Part shown: positions 9,544-21,800 of the stretch, in pieces | Position numbering within the stretch: position 1 is the stretch's first letter | Layout of the letters: each line of letters begins with the position of its first letter | Assembly: GCA_964606385.1 (NCBI GenBank) | Contig: CAZSFZ010000004.1 | Span: forward strand, 47,344 to 111,343 | Source of the DNA: an uncultured bacterium | GTDB taxonomy: Bacteria > Omnitrophota > Omnitrophia > Omnitrophales > Aquincolibacteriaceae | Reading direction: 5' to 3' | DNA length: 64,000 bases | The notes under the pieces: model-generated | What the model saw: only the letters and a program-made list of their open reading frames with translations | Database searches by the model: none | What the model was told of the DNA's origin: nothing | Position numbers and translations under genes: made by a program

Positions 9544-9792
9544 TCATTGGGGATGTTAATGGAGGCTATTCGATGCTATATCCTGCCATTGATAGCGGGC
9601 ATATTTCGTAAGTCGTTTCAAATAGGCATTTTACAGCTGAAAAAAACGTGATTTTTTTCGGTCCCAACCCTTGTTTTTTCGAATCTCATCAGTTATATTT
9701 TCGGCAACTTTCTAAAACCTGAGAAAAATCCGTTTAAATCTATTTCGAAATCAGGGAATCAAAATCCATTTCCGCAAAGGACAAACTGCTGA

Positions 9793-9888
9793 ATGAATTC
9801 GCATAAAACATTCAAAGCGTTCGTTGCTGGTTTTACGGCCCTCATTTTTACCGTTACAAGTTTCGGAATTTCACCCAACGCTTTTGCG
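9793..9888 (+). other. Predicted Sec signal peptide of giant protein (cleavage near AFA/AAA)
   Basis: MNSHKTFKAFVAGFTALIFTVTSFGISPNAFA|AAA: n-region with K, hydrophobic core, AxA site. Confidence 0.6.
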
Positions 9889-12800
9889 GCCGCAGCCATG
9901 CCTGAAGTGTCTCTGCCGTATCAGGCCGCGCTCGGCCAAAGCCTGAATCTTGCGGTCCCTCAAAAACTTGGCAAACTCGAACATTTCAACGCGGGGCAAA
10001 GCGATAAGCCCGCGATCTTCCATCTCCAGACAGCTCACGGGCATTATGAAGCCCAACAGCAGATCCGCGAGATCCTTCATTATCTTGATAAACAATACGG
10101 TGTGCGGACCGTGCTGGTCGAAGGTAGCGCTTTCAAGCTCGAACCCGAGCTCCTGAATTTTTTCCCCAAAGATAAAGCGCTGACGCAGAAGGTGAATGAC
10201 GCGCTTACAAAACGCGCGATCGTCAAAGGCCCCGAACTGTATTTGCTCGATATGCTCGGGGAACGGGGAACGGGGAACGCAAACGTTAACCGTTCCACGC
10301 ATGACGTTTCCCGCGCTGCCGCACCGGCAGCGTACGGCATCGAAGACCTCAATGCTTATCGCGAGAACGGCGTTTCATTTGTAAACGTGCTCGAGGAAAA
10401 ACAGAAGACCGAACAATTCCTCGCGGACATGAACCTCCAGATCGACCGGCTTGCGAGCCAGCTCCTGAACAAAGACCTCCGCGATTTTCTTCGTCGCGTG
10501 GATGCCTTTGAAAAGAACCAGATCCCGCTCGATACCTGGCTTGCCCAGTTGAAAGGGGAGGCCGCCAAGCGCCTCGAGATCGATCTCGCTTCTCCCACCC
10601 AGCAGTTGGATTGGCCGATGATGGTACGTCTTTTCAAGGCCCAGGAGTTGACCGCGAAAATTGACCGCGAAAAACTCCCGAAGGAACGTGAGGAGTTTCT
10701 GAAAGCGATCCGGCGTTTTATGCCGGGGAACGTAAAACGTGGAACGCAGAACGATCCGTCAACCGTTTCCCGTTCACCGTTCATCGCGATCGAATCGTTG
10801 CTTCATAGCGATTCGATAAGCGTCCAGCTTCCAGATCCTGAAACCGGCATGCTTTTTGAAGATATGGTCACGCAACTTCCCGCGAATTTCAATTATGAAG
10901 CTTTCCCGAATGTCCGCAATTTTATCGCGACCCTGCTCCTTCAAAGCGAGTTGAAAGCCGACCTGGTGATGTTGGAAGTCCAGAAACTTACGGCAGCGGT
11001 CACGGAAAAGCTGACCCGCAACAAGACCGAGAAAAAACTGGTGACGCTGCTTGCCGACCACCGGTTGTTGCAGAAGCTCTTTGCGCTGGAGCTCACGCCG
11101 GCCGATTACGAAGCAATCGCGGGACACGATCCACGGTCCAAGGCCCACGAAAAAACTTTAAAGCCCTCAGCGATCGTAGCGCGGTTTAAAAACGTGGCCC
11201 GTGGCCCGGGAGCCGTGGCCCGGAGCAAGGCTGTTCAATTTGAAAACGTTCAAGAACTTGATCAGCTCGACCAGTTATATGAAAGCGCGATGAAGTTCTA
11301 TGAGGGCGTCAAAGGGCGCGACGAGCTCATGATGAAGCGCGTTGAAGAGCGTCTCAAGGAGACGGGGGATCAGAAAGTCGCTGTGATTACCGGCGGTTTC
11401 CATTCCGAGCCTTTCCATAAATATTTTGCGAACAAGCAATACACCTATGCCCTTATTTCTCCGCGCATCTCAGGCGCTGACGACAAAGGCCACGTTGCCT
11501 ACATCGAAAGCGTCATGGGCATCACGAAACGCGCGACACGCGAGTCCGTTTCTCCGGCGGACCGGCAGGTGCTCGCGGCGGAGAATTTATACGGGGTCGA
11601 TCAGGCAGCCTACCGGAACCTGGTCCGGAAAGTCATCGCGGATGTGACGCGGCCCCACCTTGCAGAAGCAGACGCGGCTCGTTTGAAATTTGCGGCTGGG
11701 CTTGCGACGGCGGGGAATTTCCGCGCTGAAATGCGTCAGACCGTGCCGGGCACGCCTCAGAACACCGGGGAGACGGCGGCCATTACCTTTACGGAAGCCA
11801 AAGATATCGTAGAAGCCCGTAAAGCCAAAGCGCGGGTCCAGGGGACGCGCGGGGCTTGGCCCAGTCTCGACTCTGTTTTTCGCGATTCCTCTTTTGTGTT
11901 CATTCCAATCGCTGTCGGGTCCGAATTTGCTGGAAATTATTTTCTCCGAAGCCGCTCCGAAGCGAGAGCAAACGATGAGGGATTGATAGAGCAAATTGTG
12001 AGGGACCTTAAAGAGAACATTCAAGCGGGTCCCGACTTTATCTTGACTGCTCTTCAAAACCGGCGCAGCTTGCTGACCCTTGAGCTCAATTATTATGATA
12101 TTGCGGAGCAAATTTACCAGACGCTTTCAAAAACCGGGATGAAAAAGGTGGAAGCCGAGATTTTTTTCAGCAAAAACTCCGATGCTATCCGCCAGGCATT
12201 TTCCCGTTCCGAGGCCCGTACCGAGGAAGAAGAAAGAGCTTTGAGTGTCGATATCCTGCTTGGGCAGTCGCCTCAAAAGTTGCCCCAGGATGTTATTCAT
12301 AAGCTCAAAGAAAACGGTTTTCAGACGTTTGGGGACATTCTGACGGCTCTTGATGAGAAGCTTCGGAAAGGGAAGAGAAGGTTTTCTTTTCTGGATTGGG
12401 TGACAGAAGTTGAATTCCTCGTCGCTGTGAAGCGCGAGGCGCCCATCAGCTATGCCAAAATTCAGAAAATCCGCACCCCCAAAAGCCGTGCGGAAGTACG
12501 CGAAGCAAGCGAATTCGGGATTGAGGAAGATGACAAGTTTCCAATGACCGATGCCGAGGCGGATCTTTCCCTCGACGATATCATCGGGGAACTGTATGCC
12601 GTAGCGGATGCGGATGAAAGCGATTCCGGCGATGCCAAGGCTGAAGCGCTTCAGCATATTGATTTGATCCAGAGCGCCAAGCATAAAAATCAACTTCTTC
12701 CGGCTATCGTTGATGCTCAGAAATTCCTCCGCAGTCCCTTAGCGGCCAATCGATCAGAAGTTCGAATCGATCCGAAAGAGCTTGAAGCAAAATTCCCGAC

Positions 12801-15800
12801 TGCGGCCGAACTCGGCATCAAAAGACCCGCCAAATGGCAGTTCTGGATGCAAGATCCCGTGATCGAACGCATGAAAGCCTATGCGACCGAATATCTTGCT
12901 TTTTATGGGTATGCTCCCAAGGCTGCTTGGCTCAAGAGTTTTGTGGATATGTATCTCGCTGGGAGCCGCCACTCCTTTCAGGCTTTTCAGCGCATGCTTC
13001 CCGCTGACAAGCTGGATGCTTTTGTCTACATCGGTGATCTGAAGAAACTTCCCACAGCTCCTCAGCCCGCCGCTAAATCTGAAGTTCAGTCCGCGCTCAA
13101 GAAGCCAGGCGCCAAGCGATCCGAAATCCGGTTAACGCCTGAACAGGAGACGCGGCCATTAGATATCGTAAAAGACCAAGCTGCAATTAGTCATGTTGTT
13201 GTGACCGCTGAGTCCCTTTATAGGCAATGGTCTTCAAAATGGTTTTGGCAGTTACGCATGGGAGAATTTTCTAATGCAAAAAAGCAAATAAAAGCCCTTC
13301 TTGAAAACAAAAAACTTACTTATAAAGACCGGAACTTCTATGGTCTCAACAGACAACCAATTACCGAAGAAGCATTTATTCTACAAGTCATTGTTTTAGG
13401 GCGTTTGGGTTATGGTATTGACGCTTCGATTGTTACCAATAAAGAGATCACACGCTCAGTGAGCCGCGCTGGAAAACGTGACAGCTGGGAGACGTCAGAA
13501 GATGTTGAGCATTGGGGGCGCGACGTGGAAGTGGTGAGTCCGGCTTCGCACAATATTTATTTAGTAGCAACTGCTCGTTCTGAAGTTCGCTTGACGGATG
13601 CCGTGGATGTTTCGAATCAAGCTTTGTTTAATGATATCCGGTCGGTGGCGGAGAACCGGGGTGCTGAGGCCGCGCTGGAGTTCATTCATGCCTATGAGCC
13701 ACGCATCACGGGAGACCAGGACCGCGCCGCGCTTGAGGCTTATCGCAAAGCTTTAGAGCAATCGATGCGCTCAGAGCTACGTAACGCTGGAGAAAAAGAA
13801 GCTAAACGCCTCCAGTTAATGGAAGAGGCGAAAGCGCTGTCAGCGCAATCTGAGGCGATGGCCAAGGATCCTGATGAGGAACGGTACGCTCCTTTATATG
13901 AAGGCTATGCCCGCGAGAGATTGCGTCAGGCCGCGCAGCTTGAAGCTGAAATGGATGCTTCAGCCCGAGCTGAATTACGGGTTGGTGCAGTCATTCAACG
14001 TGTAGCAATCTTTGCGGCGGTGGCTGCGATGACGGGTCTTGTCGGATGCGCTACGAGTCAGCCAGGCCTTTATCATCCGCCGGTTTATTATCCCGCTTCT
14101 CAAAAGACACCCATCTATCATCCGCCGACCTTACCGTCCAACTACAGAGCTCCAAAAATCAATACGGCTCCTGTGGTTCCTCCGGGGGGTATCCGTGTGA
14201 CGCCTCCCCGCCCGTCTGTTCCGCCTGCGCCCAAGCCGCCGGTGATCCGTCCGGGACGTTCGGAGGTTCGTAGTGCGTTCCATCATCTCAAAGAAGCCAA
14301 GACGCCCGCGGAAGTCGGGCATTATCTGGCGCAGCTTTTGGTGACAGGCCAGTTGAACGGTCAGGATAAAAAGATCCTCGAGAAAGCCCTACAAGATGAA
14401 TTTGCTTCAGAAACATCCGGGGAAAAAGTCCAGGATCCTTCAAAGATCACACGTCGTTCCGAATTAAGGGGACACTTGGATCGAATTCGAAAGGCCCAGC
14501 AGAGGCTCGAAGAGGAACGGACCAGCGCCAAATGGCTTGTGATCCTTGGTTTGGCCGGACTTATTTTTATCCTGCACGCTCTCGAAAAATCTTCCTCAGG
14601 AGAAATTGATGAAGCGCAGACGCAAGCCCCTTTGCTTGATCTTGGGCAGGCCCAGCCGCGTTCGGAATTACGTGAAACAACGCAGGAAGCGCTGAGGAGG
14701 ATCCATGCGGACCTGGATGGTGTTGACCGGTTGATCACGGAACTTAAGCGCGACCGAAAAGCACCGAACCGAGAGACCCGTTTGAGGGTGTTGAATGCGG
14801 CTTACCGCGAACTCGAGCAGGAACGGCTTCGCTTGGAGATCGAAAAAGCGGTTAAAGATTTTTGGGGCGAAGAACTCATTCAGTTTCTTGGCTCGGTGGC
14901 GACCGTTTCTCCGGCGACACTTGGGCGCGCTTTAGTTCTGGGTGCGGTCATGCATCCCGCCATGATTCGGAATTTCACAAAGCTGGACCGTTCGGAAGTG
15001 AGGGCGGAAGCGGACGTGGCAACTGCGGCAAAGATCGCCGAACGATGGAAGAGGATCACTTATGTTGAAAGCGATCCGGAAGGCGCGAAGCTCAAGGCCG
15101 AAGCCGAAGAGAAAGGCGCTGGCTTCTTAAACAATGCCCAGACGACCGTCCGTAAAGTCGCAGCCCAGATCAAGCTCGATCCCAAAGTTCTTGAAAAGCT
15201 CCTCCAGTTTACGAAAGCGATTCAGATCAAGATTCCCCTGACGCTCGATGAAGGCGGGGAGACGCGTTACATTGACGGTTACCGTATTGGTCACGCTCCT
15301 TATCGCGGTCCTTACAAGGGCGGCATCCGTTACGCGATCGCGGTTGTGCTGTCCATGATCAAGGCGCTCGCGACGGAAATGAGTTTCAAGAACGCGATCG
15401 CGGGGCTTCCGTACGGCGGCGGCAAGGGCGGCGTGGCGGTCAACCCGAAGGAACTTTCCGTGAAGGAGCTTGCGCGCTTGACCCGCGGGTATGTTTCAGA
15501 ATGCCTGAAGCAGGATCCCAAAGCTTTCGGGCCCCTTGACGATGTTCCGGCGGGAGATATCGGAACTACTTCCCGTGAAATGGGCTGGTTCGCGGATGAA
15601 TTCTTGAAGATCACGCGTCCGGATCTTTTTACTTCTTCGGAGTTCCTTGAAAAACTTGCCAAGTCCGATGAAACCTCCACTCCTTATCTTGAATACTATA
15701 TGGAAGCTTATTACGGCAAGAGGCATATCGATATGAGTGAAGGTTCGCCCATCGCGACCGTGACGGCGAAACCCGAAGGGAAGGGCGGGGCTATGGGCCG

Positions 15801-18800
15801 TACGCCGGCAACCGGACTGGGACTCTATTACGTAACGCGTGAGGCGCTAAAGGTCTACGGCGAACGTCTTGGGATTGGAACAAGTGTGAAGGGACAAAGA
15901 GTCGCGGTGGAAGCCTACGGGAACGTCGGGAGTTACGCTGCCCGGAGTTTTTATAAAGACGGTGCTTCGATCATGGCTCTCAAAGAATATGTTCGCGGAC
16001 AAAATGTAGCGGTCACGGCCGTGAAAGATTCGGGCATCGATCTTGATGCGTTAGACAAGCATTTGGCTGAGAAAAATGCCGATGGAACTTCAAAGGGAAA
16101 TACGGTCCTGACCTATGCGGCGGCGCATCCGGAAGATGCGCGAGTGGTGGATGTCGATCAGTTCTGGTCAAGCGATGTGACGATCCTTGCATTGGCCGCG
16201 AAGGAAAAGACGGTCAATAAGGAAATAGCCGCTCTTATCAAAGCAAAGATCATCTCGGAGGGCGCAAACGGGCCTCTGGAGCTTGACGGCTCCGAGCAGA
16301 TCCTCCTGGATAAAGGCGCGATCATTCTTCCGGACGTGGCCACGAACGATGGCGGTGTAGCATTCTCGTCGCTGGAATGGCGGCAGAACAATATCGGGGA
16401 GCTTTGGCCGGAAGTCGCCGGGAACGGTCTCATGGAAGACAAAGTCGTAAGCGCTTTTTATGACATCTCCCGCGTTTCCGAATCCCAGAAGATCACCTTG
16501 CGCGAAGCGGCCTATCAGATCGCGATCAGCAAGATCGTGGACGCAATGCTTGCCGAGGATTCCGAGCTGGCGTCTCTTTTTGACGAGAGCCATCCTCCCT
16601 ATGTTATGGATGCGGGGGCGAAACGTTGGCGTCCGGAAACCCTGCCGCAACTGAAGCAGGTCGATTCGACCGCTAAAAGGATCGAGTTGATCGAACGGGC
16701 AGATAGCGTCATGAGCAAAAAGGTTGATGAGCTCGTGGCGGAGGCCCTTCGTGAGCTTCCCCTGAAACGAGGGAGCGTGATCCTCCTCGGCGGGCAGCGT
16801 GCGGCCGGAAAGCCGATGCTTGCCGGGCAGATTATGAACAAGATCCGCGAAAAGGGGATCAAGGCGGATGTTCTTGATTTGGATTATCAGACGATTGAAG
16901 ACGTATCCCGCGTGCTTCAGGGCAAGACTATTTTTGTGCGCAAAGAGAACGGTTTGAGCGGAGGGGCTTTCAACCTGGAAGATAAAGAGATCCTTGTGGT
17001 CCACGGTTATTATGCCTTAGGCGACGAGATCCTTCGATTCGTCAAGGCGATGGGAGGCAAGGCTTATCCTGTCATGGCTTATAGTTCACCCGACATCCTC
17101 CTCGCCAATAATTGGGCGCTGACCGCCTACGACCTGCGTTTGATGCGGGATATTTTAACAAGTGTGGCTGTTGGTGAGGAAAACAATGCCCAGGAAGTGA
17201 TCCGTCGGTGGCAATGGCAACGCGTTTCTGAGACTGAAGCTGTTATGGCGACCTGGAAGAATGCCAGGCGTGCGATCAATACGTACCTTCCTTATGAGCT
17301 TCCGTTCCTGAAATCCCTGATCGCTCCCATGATCCGTGTTGCAACGCAGCAGGAAATGAAACGTCCGGATAGCGACGTTTTCACCATGAATGTATTGCAT
17401 CATCTGGACAAGCTGTTGGTCGGCGTCGAGGGTTGGGATGTTTCACTTCTTGACGGCCATCATAATTCCGTGCTGTGGGAGTATGTACAACGCTATGCCC
17501 CGAATGGTATTTATGCGGAATCAGCCGACGACGATATCAAAAAAGTTGCGAACGCGTTGGTCAAGGAAGCCAAAGACACGGTTTTCCTTCTCACTAGCTT
17601 ACAAGACGCTGAAAATTTAACACAGTTGCCCGCGTGGCTCTCTGCCTCGATCGAGCGGATCCTGTTGGCCTTAGAAGTCCAGAAAGATGCCGCAAGCTGG
17701 TATGTCGAAAATCGCGGAAATCTAGTGAGGCTTTTGTCCGGCCGTTCGGAAATGAGGACGATGCCCGCTTTGGGGTCGCCCCACCAAGAACGCTCCGGGG
17801 CAAGGTTAAATGTGCTGATCCTCGGTCGGGGGAGTGATGCTGGGGTCCTGGGAGAGGATATTTGGAAGGGTTTGGGCCGTCCGGATCAAGGGATCTATAT
17901 GCCGGAGACGGAACGCGAAGCCAGAAGTGCTTTGCGGAATGTCCGCGGTTCATTTGATGCCGTGGTGGTAACGATCCCGGACGGAAATCAGACGCTTCCT
18001 CGATGGATGTTCGATCTTGTCCTGGAAATGCGCGGACAAATGCCCGAAATCCCCGTCTTGATCAGTGCGAGCGATAAAAGTATGGTCAGCCCCGCTGCGA
18101 TCTACACCATCAGGGCGCCGATTAAGCTGTTTGTGAAGACTCAAGGGTCTCCCGCGCTTGTTGCAACCCTGAAGGATATCCCGGCGCGTTCTGAAGCGCG
18201 GGCGATACCTGTGTTGGGGGCGACGCATCCGGAGTTGGAAGCCAAGTATAAAGATCAGGTGGAAGCCTCAACCCCCGCTTATGTGAAGCGGGGGAATCCT
18301 ATTTTTGATATCACAACCCCCGGGCAGTTCGAGGCCGTTTTGAAGTACGCGCATTTGTATGCGTACAAAAAAGACGTGGCTTTCGATCCTGCGAATCCCG
18401 GACCCAATGACGAGGGGCTCGGGCTCATGGCTTGGCTAGAGGACTATGAAGCCGAAGCCAAAGTGGCAACCGCGGGTATTCGTTTGACGCAGAATATTCT
18501 TTATCCTTGGGATACCCGGAACCGCATCAATGAGATCGGGATCGCATTCGCAACGCTCGCTAAAGCGTCGGTAAGTAAGGAACAGTTCTCCGGCAAGGAC
18601 CTGGAGAAACTAACGGGTGGGGAATCCCGTTATAACACCAAACGGTTCGTGGACATGATCGCCCGTATCCAGGCCGCACAGGGGATCAGGACCTATGTTC
18701 CCGTCAAACGCCATACGACACCGATCTGGATGGTGTCCATGCTGGCTTTTATGTTCGATCTTGTTGGTGCGGAACACGTGACCTCTTCTCACGCCGGCAG

Positions 18801-21800
18801 CAATTTTTCGGCGACCAAGGACATCAATAATCAAGGGAGCCAATACCTGCCTGAGGAATCAGGACGATTTGTCGCTAAGATCCGTGACATGTTCGAAGTA
18901 GCTAAAAAACAGGGCGAATTCCGTTTCGCGATCGCTGCAGCGAATGATCCTCTCATCGATGAAGAATTGATGAAAGCGACGGATGACGGAACGGATGTCT
19001 ATGTGGACTACCTGAAGAACGGTGTTGCGACGGGCGTCAATTTAGACCGCATCCGCAACGTCAAAGATAAGATCATTGTCGATAGTGTCGGAGGGTCCAT
19101 GTACCGGACCATGACGCGTATCTTTGCGAAACTCGGGATTGCGGACGCGTTCCAGTGGTTGCATACAGAAGAAGACCCGTTCTTTCACGGGATTGGTAAG
19201 GAATTGACCTCTGCGGGGAAGGTGAACGACTACACGCAGGACACGACGGTCATTAAACGTGACAAGAAAACCGGGGAAACGACTTCGATCCCTGTCATGG
19301 AACGTATGGGGTATGACACGCTTCTTAAGGACGCGCCGATCGGGAAAGTAGTGCTTATGACGGACCCGGATGGAGACCGTCTGGTAACGGGACAGGTGGA
19401 ATCCGCGGACCGTGCCGCATACTTGAAACAGCTTGGAGTGGAAGTCCTGAAGCTGGACGAGAATCGGATCCTCGCGGTCTACTCTCCAAACCAATCCTTT
19501 TTCATGTCGATGGTTTATCACGCGGATTCGCTCAAGGCCGCGGGACTGTGGGATAAGCACCCGCGTTTTATCATCATGACGACCGCTTCGTCGCCGGCGT
19601 GGCGCGAATGGGCCGAGAAGAACGGCGTCCAAGTCCTGAACGTGCCGGTCGGTTTTAAAGAGATCGCCGCGATGATGAAGAAGGTCGAATACCAGATGAA
19701 GAAAAATCCGGGAAAACCGGTCGTTGTGAAGGACGTCTTTGGGCGAGAAGTGAACCTGGGTTTGGACCCCCGGATGCTTTTTGCAGGAGAGGAGTCCGGC
19801 GGGATGATCATCGGGCCTGAAGAGCTTATCCAGAGCCGGAGCGGCCGTTTGGCGATCGCGATGCGGGAAAAGAGCGCGGGCGAAGCACTCGTGATCCAAG
19901 CAGCGATGGCGGCTTATTTGGAATCCAAAGGCCAGCCTTTGTCCGGTTATCTCAGTGAACTATTTGATAAGAACCGGATCGCAAGCCGTTTTGATGTGCG
20001 TCATGACCAGACTTTCTACAATCAAAGCGAGCCGGATCCCGATGAACTGAAGAAAGAAAAAGCGAAAGGCGAGATCGCCCGCGAAAAGAATTACGCGTTC
20101 TTTGTGAATATGGTGCTTTCGAAGCTTTCGGGGAAGACGACCACTCAACAGATCATCGAGATATTGAATGAGGTTTTCGCCCCTCAAGGGCTCCGCTTCG
20201 ATGATCTTCAGGACATGATCTTCGTGGGAGATGGTGTTTACCTTCAGTTTCCGGACAAAATCATGGAGATCCGGCCTTCCGGGACTGACGCGAAATCAAA
20301 ATCCTATGGTTACGGGAATGACAAGTTGCGTTTGGCGGTTTATGCGCAGGCCGTGGGTGCCTATAGCGGCGATCCGACGGCTCTTTACCGGCAGTATGTT
20401 GATATGAGCAATTTTGAAGAGGTTAGGGTCGTAAATGGGAAGCCTGTGTTTCGCGGCGAAGATGTTCGCTGGGAGCTTTATCAGGCTTATTACCGGGAGG
20501 GACTTCCGGAAGAGGACTATCAGCCGGCTATGGTTTCCGTCGGCTCAAATCTCGTGACCCCGGCTCAGTCGGAAATCCTGAAAGCGCGTGCGGAAATGCG
20601 TTCGAAACTTGATCTCGAGCAGGCCGCGAAAGCTATGACGATCTCGGCCGCGGTGATCTTGGGTCTTGTGGTCCTGGGCCAGCTCTCTGAAGTCGCTAAG
20701 CTGACGCTTGGCCTTGCCACACTCGGTCTTGCGGGAGCCTTCTGGAACATCCGGAATTTCAGCTTCAAACCGGAGGATCTTTCAAGCCGTTATCCTCAAG
20801 CGACTTCTCTGATCCGGGAGAAGATCCAAAAGATCCTCGCCATCGATCCGCATTTTACGGGTTATGCCTTGGACAGGATCGATTGGAAAAAGATCGATCG
20901 TGATCTTGTGGAGCTTGCTTCCTTAGAAGCGCTCATTGCGCATGGAAGTCAGCACGTTCTGACGGATAGCGGCATCAAGCTTGTTCGGGATGACCGCAAA
21001 GGTGCTGTGACGGTCTTTTCAGCGCAGTCCGTCCGTGACCAGCTCAAGAAGACAGGCGGGGAGATCGTTGAGGCGGGTCACCGGTACCGGCAAGCGGCGC
21101 GCGAACGCTATAGCGTTCAACTGGCTTCGCGTAGTGAGGCGCGCGCAGAAGGGGAAACAGAAGTAAAGCCTGCGGCAAACGCGGCCGTTTCGGCAGAGAA
21201 GCCGGTTGAGGAAAAGCCGGCGCCCAAGATCGATCCCACGAAACCGCTTTATGAAGCTACCTCGTCTCCTCGCGAAGAAAAATCTGCCGTGCTTGAAGGC
21301 GGGGCTATCTTGTTCTGGGGATTTATTGGCATTCTGACCGTGGCCGGATTAGTGGGCGCTCTGATCTTTATTCATAAGGAAGCGGCGCATGATGGTATGT
21401 CTCGCGCGATCATGGTCACGATCTATGGCGTGCTCGCGATCACCGGAACTGTCGCTGGGTGGTTAATCTATGGCATGAGTCGGGATAACCAAAAAATCGC
21501 GGGAGCGGAGGCGAGTTCCAAGTCTGAGGTGGTTTCTCCCGTTAAGGCAGGTAGTCAGCCGTTCCAGCCTTCCGATGCGCCCAAGATCCCCGCGGAAGCC
21601 GCGACGGAAAGCCGTTCCGAAGTGCGTCAAAACGTTGAACAGGAAATGAACGATCTTTTGTCCCGCCGGGACGACCTCATGAAAACCGAAAAATATACGG
21701 CCCAGGTTGCGGTCGAACTTCAGCAGGTCAACGACCGGATCGCGGAGATTCGCCGCAATGTTCAGCAATCCAGAGAGCGTTCGGAAATTCGTAATCCGGA

